A stretch of 64,000 bases of DNA from positions 62,001-126,000 of IMG/VR virus record IMGVR_UViG_3300019458_000020. One strand, given 5' to 3'. Under the pieces are notes generated by a model that saw only the letters and a program-made list of their open reading frames with translations, ran no database searches and was not told where the DNA came from. Each line of letters starts with the position of its first letter. The stretch's first letter is position 1. Positions 28,436-38,055 of this stretch are shown here, piece by piece. The position numbers and the translations under genes were made by a program.

Positions 28436-29815
28436 TTACTTTTTTGGTGGCTGAGTCTTGATTCCTGCGAGTTTCTTGAATCGAGATGCCATGTCTGCTC
28501 CTTCCGAAAGAATTTCTTTCGATGGAGCGGTTGACGCCACCGGCTTGGATGCAAGTCCTTCGGTGATCTTAGCGACTTGAGCAGGAGCTTTCACTACTGG
28601 CTTCTTGTCTGCTGCCTTAGGGGCAGTTTTTGCACCGAAACTTAGGGACTCAGCCAAAACGGCATAAGCCAATTTCACTTCACGAACAGTCTTCGTAAGG
28701 TCAAAGTGTTCTACGATCTTCATTCTCATTTCACGATCGAGAGAGCCTGCGTATTCTTTAAATAGCTTGTTCGTGTAAAGCAATTTAGCATTCAACAGGT
28801 TGACCTCATTAATTTGTCCTTGTAGGAATTCAACGGTGTCGCTGTGTTCCTTTAAGGATGCCTTGAGTTGAGCATTTTCGTTTTTCAACGTTTCAACTTC
28901 GTGCATCTTGTGGGTACCGTCCAAGTCAGAGCCGCCGTGATTCTTATCACCGACTTTGGCCTTGGCCATGTCTGCGGAATCTTTAGCTTGTCCTTTATCT
29001 GGAGCTGGCATACCTTCCTTAGCACCTTCCGACATATCTTCCTTATCCTTTTTGTCATCCTTCTTCTCTTCATCCTTGTCGTCTTTCTTGTCTTTTTTGA
29101 GCCAAGGTGGGAGCTTTCCTTCGGTGACTTCCTCTTCAACTTCGTTCAACGAAGCGATGAGTTCTTCAAGGTTAATATCTTCTTCTCCTTCTGGTGCTGG
29201 AGCATCTGCTGGAGGCATTTCTCCGACAGGTGGGGCAACAGGAGGCATTTGAGCTGGTGGAACGTCTCCTGCAACAGGAGGCATTACTGGTGCGGGTGCT
29301 GGGCATCCACAATCACCGGCTGCTGGTGGAATTACTGGAGCAGGGGCTGCAGCGACATCAGGAACAGGTTCTCCTTCAGCATCATCAGCAACTTCGGCTT
29401 CTAATTCTGCAATAATTTTATTTAAATCTTCAGAAGTAAGTCCAGCTTCTTCAACATTTTCATCAACTGGGACTTCTTCGGTTTCACATACAGGCTGGCT
29501 AAGCTTTCCAACTCCGTCTGGACCAACACCAGCTTGAACTGGCTTCATTGGGGTTCCGCTGCTCATCTTCTTTGGTTGTCCCTTTGAGACATCCTTGGTT
29601 GATACGGCTTTGGATACGTTATGGGGAGCTTCAACTTCAGCAACTGGTTCAGCTGCTTCCTGTTGTTCTTCTGCTTCTTCCTTTAGTTTATCAGCAAACA
29701 TTGCGTGAAAACGAGGAGCGAAGGCTTCTTCGAGAGCAATCTTAGCATTGGCGAGAGCAGTGGCTCTTATTGCCTTTGCATCAGCAATTGCTTCTTTCAA
29801 CATATCGCTTGTCAT
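28436..29815 (-). CDS. prohead core scaffolding protein (gp22-like)
   Basis: Directly upstream of MCP; acidic, Pro/Ala-rich; LKEAIADAKA, INEVNLLNAKLLYTNKLF, C-terminal RFKKLAGI; likely start 29815. Confidence 0.75.
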   Translation of the reverse strand: MTSDMLKEAIADAKAIRATALANAKIALEEAFAPRFHAMFADKLKEEAEEQQEAAEPVAEVEAPHNVSKAVSTKDVSKGQPKKMSSGTPMKPVQAGVGPDGVGKLSQPVCETEEVPVDENVEEAGLTSEDLNKIIAELEAEVADDAEGEPVPDVAAAPAPVIPPAAGDCGCPAPAPVMPPVAGDVPPAQMPPVAPPVGEMPPADAPAPEGEEDINLEELIASLNEVEEEVTEGKLPPWLKKDKKDDKDEEKKDDKKDKEDMSEGAKEGMPAPDKGQAKDSADMAKAKVGDKNHGGSDLDGTHKMHEVETLKNENAQLKASLKEHSDTVEFLQGQINEVNLLNAKLLYTNKLFKEYAGSLDREMRMKIVEHFDLTKTVREVKLAYAVLAESLSFGAKTAPKAADKKPVVKAPAQVAKITEGLASKPVASTAPSKEILSEGADMASRFKKLAGIKTQPPKK

Positions 29816-30026
29816 AATAGTTATAGGTTTCCTATGGGTTTCTGAAGTCATTAAAAAACTTCAATGAAGTCTATCGTAAATCGATTAGCCATTCAGCTAA
29901 ATCGTTAGGCGGCAAATGGGGTTGCTGCATTTCTATTAGATAAATAGTGCGAAAAATCAAAAAATACAAAAAATCTTTATAAAATCAAAACATACTTATA
30001 GTATGGATGTAATTTTTTAATCTATT

Positions 30027-30650
30027 ATGCCTAGCAAATCTAAAGCTCAAAGAAAATTTTTTGGTTTAATTCATGCCTTACAAAGCGGAAAAGTTCATCC
30101 ATCAAAAGTATCACCTACCGTTCGTAAAGCAGCAAAACGGATTAGTAGTAAAGATGTAAAGGATTTCGCAAAAACTCCCGAAGGTCATCTACCATATAAG
30201 GTTAAGAAGGAAATTATATCAGTATTAAAAGAACTGGTAGAACCTATGTATTTGAACGAAGAAGGGGCAAAAGACTCAGTGGCAAAGACTTTCAACACAA
30301 AAGGTAATTTTGAACAATATGTTCAAAAATTCTTAGGTTCCGAGTTTCTTCCAAAGGAATTGGATACCATCCATAGTCACAAAGAACAGAAACCAACAAA
30401 AATTCAAAAAAATGAAGTTCGATATGAAACGACCGGGGATTTTGCAAACAGCACCATCACGGTATTAAAAAAACTCAAAGACGGAAATTCGTTCGCTTAT
30501 ACCGCCTTTACTAAATATTTAAAAAATTCTGAACCAGAAACACCAGAACAAACTGAAGATACCATCGTTGTAACAAAATCACAAGTATTCAACGAAGAAA
30601 TCGATGGTGCAGCAATACTAGCCAATTTTCTAAAAAAACTCGACCTATGA
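30027..30650 (+). CDS. hypothetical protein with DUF3008-like N-terminus
   Basis: MPSKSKAQRKFFG...VKDFAKTP..HLP. Confidence 0.6.
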   Translation: MPSKSKAQRKFFGLIHALQSGKVHPSKVSPTVRKAAKRISSKDVKDFAKTPEGHLPYKVKKEIISVLKELVEPMYLNEEGAKDSVAKTFNTKGNFEQYVQKFLGSEFLPKELDTIHSHKEQKPTKIQKNEVRYETTGDFANSTITVLKKLKDGNSFAYTAFTKYLKNSEPETPEQTEDTIVVTKSQVFNEEIDGAAILANFLKKLDL

Positions 30651-30946
30651 TAAAATTGATGGAGATATATCATACCGTTGAAGAAGAAGACCGAACAGGA
30701 ATGGTTCCTGTGGAAGAATGGAAACTTCAACACACAGAACATCTAAATGATATTGGATTTTTAGATGATGGTATGTATCACATGTCTCTAAAAAGTCCTT
30801 CGATGAAGGTATCATATAAAAAGGGTAAAGGATTCATGTTGGAAGATAAAAAGAAGAAAAAATCACACGTATTCCCACGATTCAGTTCATTATGTCAACA
30901 TCTTGAAGATTATGACCAGCAGTGGGACTCACAACCATACCTATGA
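30647..30946 (+). CDS. MIKL-leader hypothetical protein
   Basis: MIKLMEIYHTVEE. Confidence 0.55.
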   Translation: MIKLMEIYHTVEEEDRTGMVPVEEWKLQHTEHLNDIGFLDDGMYHMSLKSPSMKVSYKKGKGFMLEDKKKKKSHVFPRFSSLCQHLEDYDQQWDSQPYL

Positions 30947-31329
30947 CCAGCTTAGAAAGAAAAGAATACAATAGAAATTACCGCCAGAAAAATAGGTCGA
31001 GGTTATTAGAAGATAAAAAACAGTGGTATCAGAAAAATAAAAACAATCCCGGATACAAAGAAAGAAATTACGCTAGTGGAATACGATTTAAATATAGTAT
31101 TTCAGTAGAAGAAGTTAATCGAATGTTAGAAAAACAATCCAATAGATGTGCTATTTGTGAACGAGAATTTACAACTAGAAAAACCACTCACATCGACCAT
31201 TGTCATTTGACTGGTAAAGTCAGAGGAATACTATGTGAAGGTTGTAATGTCGGCATTGGCTGTTTTGAAGACGATGTTAAAAAATTAAAAAAAGCAATAA
31301 ATTACCTATCAATTTTAGATGGTGTTTAA
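30943..31329 (+). mobile_element. Endonuclease VII-like (HNH/Zn) homing endonuclease
   Basis: QSNRCAIC, HIDHCHLTGKVRGILCEGCNVGIG; likely start ATG 30943. Confidence 0.85.
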
Positions 31330-31352
31330 GGAAATCAATCATATTTATAATC

Positions 31353-31931
31353 ATGAACAAAGAAAATCTAACAGTAAAAGAATTTAGTCTCAAACGTATC
31401 GTTGAGAATATGGATAAGATTCCAAACAACGGTAAGTTCGGAGACGAGCTTAAAAAGCTCACTCCAGAAGAAAAGAAAAAATTGATGGAGATGGTTGCGA
31501 AGTATAACGAATATGGAAACGTATTGCGTTGTGAACAAGCATTAATGGAAACCGCCAAAACATTGGAAGAGATTGCTCGTATGGCTGAAACTTATGCCGT
31601 GACCGAATCATCTGATTGGTTTCAATCCAAGGTTGTTGAGAGGGATTTCAAACAAGTTCGTGGTATTGCTGGAGATTTCAAAAAACTTACAAAGGAATGT
31701 TTCGGAAAACTTCAACAGTTAAATGCTTTGTATGAAGACATGGGACATGTTCTTGGTCGTTATTATGAGATTTCAACGATGAAAGAAATGGCACAGTCTG
31801 CTGGATTAGATTCTACCCAACCTTCTATTCCTATGGAAGAAAAACAAATCATGGATGAAGTAGAAGAAGATGTAGATGTTGTGGCTCCGGTCAGAACAAA
31901 TCCTCCGGTTCAAACGTCGAGAGTGTCTTAA
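31353..31931 (+). CDS. helical hypothetical (probable head) protein
   Basis: LNALYEDMGHVLGRYYEI; preceded by TATTTATA; SLKRIVE leader-like segment. Confidence 0.6.
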   Translation: MNKENLTVKEFSLKRIVENMDKIPNNGKFGDELKKLTPEEKKKLMEMVAKYNEYGNVLRCEQALMETAKTLEEIARMAETYAVTESSDWFQSKVVERDFKQVRGIAGDFKKLTKECFGKLQQLNALYEDMGHVLGRYYEISTMKEMAQSAGLDSTQPSIPMEEKQIMDEVEEDVDVVAPVRTNPPVQTSRVS

Positions 31932-31950
31932 TTTATGTTCGGAATGGGAG

Positions 31951-31981
31951 AGAGGGCAATCGAAAGATTATCCTCTTTTTT
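31951..31981 (+). terminator. intrinsic terminator
   Basis: AGAGGGCAATC-GAAA-GATTATCCTCT followed by a T run. Confidence 0.7.
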
Positions 31982-31988
31982 ATGTACA

Positions 31989-32015
31989 GAAAAAAGGAAG
32001 GTCGAAAGACCTTCC
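31989..32015 (-). terminator. intrinsic terminator of the SPFH gene
   Basis: Perfect GGAAGGTC/GACCTTCC stem with a T7 tail on the minus strand. Confidence 0.75.
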
Positions 32016-32043
32016 CTCGTGTGTAGTTAAACAAACAATTTAA

Positions 32044-33285
32044 TTACTTGGTGGATGATGGTGCCGGTGATGCGCCCATATTCATCAACAACGGACTATT
32101 AGATGGAAGGATGTTGGAAGGCATTTGTCCATTCCATTTCTTTGCCATTTCCAATCTGGCTTGAGCTTCCATCATTTGTATTTCCAGATTGTTCTTCATG
32201 GCTGCTGCTTCACGGGCCTTGAACAGTTCCTCTGCTGACCTACGTTCTGTTTCAGCCGAAGCGAATATCTTCAAGTTACGTTGGTCCTGTGCCAACTTTT
32301 CTTGATGAGCAGTCTTATTATCTTGTTCTGCAATAAATGTGGCATTAAGAGCTTTCTGAATGTCATCACGTTTGAATTCATAACCTTCAGCGTTACCCAT
32401 CTGAATGATGGAGATACCCTTTGTTTTGAAGAATTCTTTTGCGTCAACGAACACCTTTTGGAAAATAGCTGGGAAATTCGTTTGAGCTTGCTGAAGGTCC
32501 ATTTGACCATAAGCTTTAGTTAATTCAGATACACACCAATTACGAACGTTATTGTCCATAACGGTAGCCAGTGGAGTTTCGCCGTGGTAATAAAGATATT
32601 CGGCTGCATCTTCCTCTTCGATGAAGGCGGTGACAGCACAACCAACACCCAATTGAATAGAATCACGAGTCACAACAGGAATGCTAGTGTCGGCTTCTCC
32701 CTTATTAGACGGCGGCGACCACTCACGGCTCACCATAGCACGATTGACCTTAATGACACGAACAGCATCAATCCATTCAATTTCATAATCCCAACGACCG
32801 ACTTTCTTTTCAGTCTGAGGAATCAAAATTCGTTTAGCGGCAACCTTCTTGGTGTTCAAGTATTCGGCACTATCAAACTTTCCTTGAGAAGTCTTGTTAT
32901 CACCCTGTAACGGAATCACAAAAACGGTTTCATTAGGACCAACTTCGACGAATTTATCCAACTTAGGTGGTTTGAGACATCCGGTGGTTCCCATTGCTAA
33001 AAAGGCAACAATAGTAGCCGTAAATAGTGGCGCCGCGGTCTTTCTACGAGGCAACCAAATTGAAATGAGAGTGACAACACCCAATACCCAAACAATCGGC
33101 GTAACAATTCCACTTGTGACAGACGGTTTTGTAGTCTGAACAATGTAAGCCGAATCGGAGGATTTGAGTGTTTCCGCAGCCAATCTTCCGTCAATGAGAG
33201 TATCGGTGGCTTGGAAGGTTCGTGTAACGAGGCCGATGAAGGCCACGAGTAAGATACTTAGTATCAATTTTGTTTTTAGTTTCAT
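32044..33285 (-). CDS. membrane-anchored SPFH/Band 7 (prohibitin-like) protein
   Basis: Three hydrophobic segments, then VEVGPNETVFVIP, VVTRDSIQLGV, coiled coil and C-terminal KWNGQMP. Confidence 0.75.
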   Translation of the reverse strand: MKLKTKLILSILLVAFIGLVTRTFQATDTLIDGRLAAETLKSSDSAYIVQTTKPSVTSGIVTPIVWVLGVVTLISIWLPRRKTAAPLFTATIVAFLAMGTTGCLKPPKLDKFVEVGPNETVFVIPLQGDNKTSQGKFDSAEYLNTKKVAAKRILIPQTEKKVGRWDYEIEWIDAVRVIKVNRAMVSREWSPPSNKGEADTSIPVVTRDSIQLGVGCAVTAFIEEEDAAEYLYYHGETPLATVMDNNVRNWCVSELTKAYGQMDLQQAQTNFPAIFQKVFVDAKEFFKTKGISIIQMGNAEGYEFKRDDIQKALNATFIAEQDNKTAHQEKLAQDQRNLKIFASAETERRSAEELFKAREAAAMKNNLEIQMMEAQARLEMAKKWNGQMPSNILPSNSPLLMNMGASPAPSSTK

Positions 33286-33357
33286 AGATTTTCTATTAAT
33301 TTGTTGTTGTTTTACTACTGTTGAGAACTAACTTACATCGTTCTATAAAAAAGTCAA

Positions 33358-33876
33358 TTACAAATTTGTGGTTTGGATATAATTCCTTGTGGCCATTAAA
33401 ATTTTTCCTAATTTGTTCTTACCAATTTCCTTACAAACACCCCAATAAACATCGCCCCAAGAATTTGTTTCTTCGAGATATTTATCTTCGGTTTCTAACA
33501 AAAGAAATTTAAGGTCCAGATTATTGGTGAACTTTTGAAATACGACCTGAGCCATTACAGTATCTTTTACTTTTGACCACATTTCATCATTGAAAAGAGT
33601 TGGGTAGGATTTTATAATTTCATCAGCCAACTTCTTAGATTCACTAGCAGTAATATCAATAAATTCCTTATGATATTTTTTTGGAAATTTTGCTGCTTGA
33701 TAAGCATGTTCGGTAGAAGGAAATAACGTTCCCAACCAAAATGTTCCGATTTTGGTTGGATAAAAATTAGAAAGGAATCGGTTTCTACCAAAGAATCCAC
33801 AAATGGCATAATCGGTCACTGATGCATATTTAGGGATGGTCGTTTCGTCGGTTTCAACATTTACATGATACTTCAT
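33358..33876 (-). CDS. NADAR (YbiA-like) ADP-ribose/N-glycosidase
   Basis: FLSNFY, FPSTEHAYQAAKF, KFTNN..L...LLET, WGDVYWG, GKNKLGKILM. Confidence 0.9.
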   Translation of the reverse strand: MKYHVNVETDETTIPKYASVTDYAICGFFGRNRFLSNFYPTKIGTFWLGTLFPSTEHAYQAAKFPKKYHKEFIDITASESKKLADEIIKSYPTLFNDEMWSKVKDTVMAQVVFQKFTNNLDLKFLLLETEDKYLEETNSWGDVYWGVCKEIGKNKLGKILMATRNYIQTTNL

Positions 33877-33879
33877 AAA

Positions 33880-34041
33880 TCAATAATAATGTAATCCAAA
33901 TCGTTTATAAACATTCTTTGATCTCTTCATTGTTTTAATACGTTTTTTTCTATTAAGAAACATATTTTTATGCATTCTGTATAATAATCCTGATGAACTA
34001 TAATAATAAATCTCTCTTAAATTACAGTATTCAGTAGTCAT
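33880..34041 (-). CDS. small hypothetical protein (53 aa)
   Basis: Read manually: MTTEYCNLREIYYYSSSG...; fills gap, abuts neighbours. Confidence 0.35.
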   Translation of the reverse strand: MTTEYCNLREIYYYSSSGLLYRMHKNMFLNRKKRIKTMKRSKNVYKRFGLHYY

Positions 34042-34371
34042 TTAATCCCATCCGTAACATCCACAATAAAATTCATCATATTCCCTTGTTGGATTATGTT
34101 GAAAAAATGCTAAATTGGTATTTGATGGTTTTTCACAGAGACAAAAATTTCCTTTCTTACATCCATCCCGTTCCGGTCCTTCGTGATTTCTTCCTTTTGG
34201 AAGAGTGTTATAATAAGAACATCTAGCCATTCTTCCTAAGAACAATGGTGGAGTTTCGTTCACAATTAAAGCATCAGGAGTAAGACCTGCACAAATTACA
34301 CAAGAGGGTTTGCCATCGCCCGTCGTAGCATTAGCAGCGTGACCACACATCATCATTGGCTTATCATTCAT
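34042..34371 (-). CDS. Cys-rich hypothetical protein
   Basis: CGH, CVIC, C-terminal YDEFYCGCYGWD. Confidence 0.6.
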   Translation of the reverse strand: MNDKPMMMCGHAANATTGDGKPSCVICAGLTPDALIVNETPPLFLGRMARCSYYNTLPKGRNHEGPERDGCKKGNFCLCEKPSNTNLAFFQHNPTREYDEFYCGCYGWD

Positions 34372-34379
34372 ATTAAGTA

Positions 34380-34544
34380 TTAATTTTCTAAAGCCCTCGA
34401 CTTCGATTTTAATTTTTGATATCTCTTGTAGAGAGATAGATATTCCTTTGCAAGATATTCTACACCATAATATATTTCCAGATCTCTTTTTTGGAACATC
34501 TCCAACATCTCCTTTAATTCATCTCTTTGGTCTTGATTTATCAT
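34380..34544 (-). CDS. small hypothetical protein (54 aa)
   Basis: Read manually: MINQDQRDELKEMLEMFQKRD...; ATGA overlap with the upstream stop. Confidence 0.45.
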   Translation of the reverse strand: MINQDQRDELKEMLEMFQKRDLEIYYGVEYLAKEYLSLYKRYQKLKSKSRALEN

Positions 34545-35662
34545 AACTGAGCATACTTCTCGTAGAGTCGATGATATAAAGCATTTAGCTTTTCAAAATC
34601 CACCGAACGAGGAATTTTTGTTGTCTTGTAGGCTTCATCCATTTTGGATTGAATATTCTTAGCGTGAGTCATTACCTTTTCATAATCCCAACCACCGTTT
34701 TTAATGTGTAAGATTTCTTCAGCATCAGGACGCTTAACGATGACTTTTCCTTCTGTAAGAATTTCATATCCCATTCTCATGAGACGAACCAAATGTGAGG
34801 CGTGTTTCGTATCATATCCACTCTTTACTTCGAGTTTATGACGGTCAACATTACGATTCTTTTTCCAGTTCAACCAAGAACTATATTGTTCTTTAGCCTT
34901 CTTATATTGACGTTCACGATTAAGCAAATCAACGACTTCATCCTTTAAGTCATATTCTTTTGCCAATCTATCAACTACGGCAGCCTCATAGGCTCCTGGC
35001 CAATTATCCCAACCAACATGTAATTGAGAAACATTATCCACCAATTCCCAAATGGTTTCTTTTAGTTCACTTCGTTCCATTTCTTCCATTGGAAACTTGG
35101 ACAAATTCCACCGTTCAACTTCACTCTTGATGAAGCCAAATACTTCATCTAGTTGACGAGCACGAACATCGGGAAGACCATACTCTGAACGAGTAGGTTC
35201 CTTTAATTCACCCAAAACAATCCACTTACGATGACGTTCAATTTTGGCAGCCTGTGACATAGCATATCCTGAAAATGTATATTTGGCTTTGGAACTAAGA
35301 AATAAATCTCTATTTTCCATTAAAGAAACAATGGCAGGCTTGAAAATCAAATGATCTTGTGGTTCAGTCCATAACAATTCAATGATATTTGGATTAACGT
35401 TTGCAGCCAATACCATGAATTTTTTAAGTGAATAAATAACCGATTCGAATTTTGGATTGTTTGGATTTTTATATAATTCCCATTGATTTTCCACATCGAT
35501 ATTATTTTCAGCTTGTTCAAATTTATGAAATAAATTATACTCTACACTCTTAGGTGGAATAACAATACCTTTTACATCGCAATCTGACAGTTCATTTGAA
35601 AGTCCGTAACATCGGCTTCCATGAAGAGTCAAATAAATTGTATTTTTTGTTAACCATTCCAT
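34541..35662 (-). CDS. Pol-beta-superfamily nucleotidyltransferase (YcgL/RlaP-like)
   Basis: HGSRCYGLSNELSDCDVKG, NPNIIELLW, FSGYA, GYDTKHASHLVRL. Confidence 0.8.
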   Translation of the reverse strand: MEWLTKNTIYLTLHGSRCYGLSNELSDCDVKGIVIPPKSVEYNLFHKFEQAENNIDVENQWELYKNPNNPKFESVIYSLKKFMVLAANVNPNIIELLWTEPQDHLIFKPAIVSLMENRDLFLSSKAKYTFSGYAMSQAAKIERHRKWIVLGELKEPTRSEYGLPDVRARQLDEVFGFIKSEVERWNLSKFPMEEMERSELKETIWELVDNVSQLHVGWDNWPGAYEAAVVDRLAKEYDLKDEVVDLLNRERQYKKAKEQYSSWLNWKKNRNVDRHKLEVKSGYDTKHASHLVRLMRMGYEILTEGKVIVKRPDAEEILHIKNGGWDYEKVMTHAKNIQSKMDEAYKTTKIPRSVDFEKLNALYHRLYEKYAQL

Positions 35663-36522
35663 AATATTTTATCTAAATTTTTAAGTTCCTTTTCGGTCAC
35701 AACCATGTATTTATATCCGTTATCATTACAATATTTTCTTCCATTGTCTATTTTTAATTTATTGTTTCCAACACTTAACAATGATTGTGGTTTTATTTCA
35801 ATCACTACCCGTTGATTAATAACAAAATCAGGAAAATAATTTCTATCTTTTCCGGCGCTGTCAATGTAAGATACCACGAAATTTGGTTTTTGTAAAGCAG
35901 TTATTTTATTTGACGACTCACAAAATTTCAAGAACAATTTTTCATACGAACTTTGATAATAAAGTTTGAGATTAAATTTATTACTCACAAACCATCCAGT
36001 TTCACAATTGGAATAGGGATGATGATTACCATTTAACATTGATTTTATTACGTTTTGTACATTTCTTTTACACAACTTTTCGTATTGAATTGGATCTTTG
36101 CATTTTTCTTTCCAAGATTCGGATAGTCTTTGAGAATATCTCCGTCTATTTTTTGGGTCTTTATTTAACCATTTAACTAATGGATTTTTATCCCCAGTAA
36201 AATCAGCATGATTGACTGACATTTTCTTTCTTGTTTTTTGAGTGTGAGTTTTTCCGAAGAATGGATTTCTTTCTCCAGAATTCATTTTCTGATATTGTTT
36301 TTTTCTTTCTTTTGTAAACTCATATCCTTTCATCCATTTTCCACAACCTGACCGTTTACATGATTTCGATACAATATTTTTAATTGAATCCAAAACAAGT
36401 GTGGTATTTGGATACTTACTAAGAAATTCTTTAGTAGAAAGTTTATGTTTGAAATGAATATGAGAATTCAACGTTTGAAATTGATTCTGACAGATTGGAC
36501 AGACTAAAAGCTCTTTTTTCAT
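35650..36522 (-). mobile_element. homing endonuclease: C2H2 + NUMOD3 + TnsA-like PD-(D/E)xK
   Basis: CPIC..HIHFKH; GERNPFFGKTH; YQSSYE, RNYFPDF, IEIKP. Confidence 0.8.
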
Positions 36523-36561
36523 ACACTTATAAATATATAAGCATATTCAGAAAAGGTCAAT

Positions 36562-36813
36562 TCATTTTTGTATAGATTTCATTCTATCCATAAGATATTC
36601 ATATTTCCATTTCGAGTAAGAATATATAATTTTTCGTTTTCCATTTGACAAATATTTAATAAAAACGTTTCTTTTGCTGTGGTATTCCCATGTTTCCGAC
36701 CCATTTTTGAATTGATAAACACCGTTTTGACATTTTGGACAATCCAAATCTTTCCAAGAATCAAATTCTTCTCCACAATCTTTACATTTTGTATCTGGAT
36801 TGTAAAAATTCAT
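36562..36813 (-). CDS. small Zn-ribbon hypothetical protein
   Basis: Likely start 36813 (MNFYNPDTKCKDC...CPKC). Confidence 0.5.
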   Translation of the reverse strand: MNFYNPDTKCKDCGEEFDSWKDLDCPKCQNGVYQFKNGSETWEYHSKRNVFIKYLSNGKRKIIYSYSKWKYEYLMDRMKSIQK

Positions 36814-36829
36814 AACATTAAAGTCAACT

Positions 36830-37222
36830 TCAAACTTTGTTGGTGAGTAGAAACCAAATAGAAGATACCCAATCCATCGCCCACTTTTTAAATCGTTGCC
36901 AACATGTCGGTTTGATTTTAACAAAATCCATATAAAACGTATTGGCCGAAGGTTCATTCATTGGCTGACACGATATCAAATCAGTGATGTGTAAGTTTTC
37001 TGGTATATTTTTTATTATAGGAAAAATAAACGATTCAAGTTTTCTTAATTTTCTTTTAACGAATAGTCTTTTAAACCATCGTTTAATTCTCTGCCAACGT
37101 GTGAGTGGTTTAGGAACATCAATGATACACTGGGGAGTAATATACAATGGTATATAGGGAGCATACACAACAATCTTATGTTTTGTTGATTCCGGTCTAT
37201 TCATGTACCAATAAAAACTCAT
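36830..37222 (-). CDS. small protein made of two major-capsid-protein-derived motifs (putative capsid mimic)
   Basis: VYAPYIPLYITP vs MCP VYAPYIPLVQTP; FPII...ISCQPMNEPSANTFYMDF vs MCP LPLV...VSVQPMNLPSGLVFYLDF. Confidence 0.7.
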   Translation of the reverse strand: MSFYWYMNRPESTKHKIVVYAPYIPLYITPQCIIDVPKPLTRWQRIKRWFKRLFVKRKLRKLESFIFPIIKNIPENLHITDLISCQPMNEPSANTFYMDFVKIKPTCWQRFKKWAMDWVSSIWFLLTNKV

Positions 37223-37224
37223 AA

Positions 37225-37749
37225 TTATTTTATCTCTTCAAACGGCTTATCACAAAGTAAATCAACAAATCTCATTATTCTTTTATAAACATCATCATCC
37301 TTGGTGAAATTCCACTTTTTAGTTGCAGAATCATCGATCCATTCTTTCAAAGATGTACCAAATTCTTCGCTCCGCGATTTGATATCACATACAAATTCAG
37401 CAAGATATACTTCAGGCATATCATTTATACCTCCTGACCAATTTTCCGGATGATGTGGATTAGTAGAATTGTGCTGTTGTATCGCAAGTTTAAGTTTCAT
37501 TTTTGCACCATCGGCGTCAGCATCAATACCGGGAGACATAAACTCAAATTCAATTCCGTGAAATTTACTTGCGTCATGAACGAATCCATTCGCGATAAGT
37601 TGCTTTCCCAACTCAATTTCACCAGACATTATCAATTTCTCTCCTAATAAAAGACAATTATCTTCTACATTTCTAATATGTCTAGTGATACCACGTATTT
37701 TTTCCATAGTTGCGGTAGCATCCCTTTTAAGTTTCTCGGATTTTTTCAT
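37225..37749 (-). CDS. HD-superfamily phosphohydrolase (DUF5662-like)
   Basis: RHIRNV, HDASKF, HNSTNPHHPE, EFVCD. Confidence 0.7.
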   Translation of the reverse strand: MKKSEKLKRDATATMEKIRGITRHIRNVEDNCLLLGEKLIMSGEIELGKQLIANGFVHDASKFHGIEFEFMSPGIDADADGAKMKLKLAIQQHNSTNPHHPENWSGGINDMPEVYLAEFVCDIKSRSEEFGTSLKEWIDDSATKKWNFTKDDDVYKRIMRFVDLLCDKPFEEIK

Positions 37750-37764
37750 AATGTATCTATTAAT

Positions 37765-37792
37765 AAGATACCATTTTTATACTTGTTGTCAA
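37765..37792 (-). promoter_or_regulatory. sigma70-like early promoter
   Basis: TTGACA-16-TATCTT with TGn extension, upstream of the HD gene and the capsid-mimic gene. Confidence 0.55.
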
Positions 37793-37809
37793 CTTTCGTT
37801 GGTGAAATC

Positions 37810-38055
37810 TTACGATTTCTCCGGTTCATTAAACGACTCTTTATATTTGCGCATCCAACGCATGAACAACAAGGCTTTATCACTAGCAAGTAAAGATACT
37901 TTAGAATTCCTCACTTCTTCCAATGATATAGGAAATCTATAACCTTTTTCGGTTTCATACCAAAATTGGTCATCTCTGAACAATACAAAATGAACCTTTT
38001 GTCCATCTCTTACATGTTCTTTAAAATCTACTGTTTTTGGGTCAACGTAATTCAT
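37810..38055 (-). CDS. small hypothetical protein
   Basis: WYETEKGYRFPI...LLASDKALLFMRWMRK. Confidence 0.6.
   Translation of the reverse strand: MNYVDPKTVDFKEHVRDGQKVHFVLFRDDQFWYETEKGYRFPISLEEVRNSKVSLLASDKALLFMRWMRKYKESFNEPEKS

Noticed and set aside
26686-29745. Many plus-strand ORFs antisense to the MCP and scaffold genes
   Set aside because: Shadow ORFs caused by the codon bias of highly expressed genes; no motifs or start signals.
36814-36957. N-terminal extension of the 36562-36957 ORF
   Set aside because: It overlaps the capsid-mimic ORF in another frame; ATG 36813 gives a non-overlapping Zn-ribbon protein.
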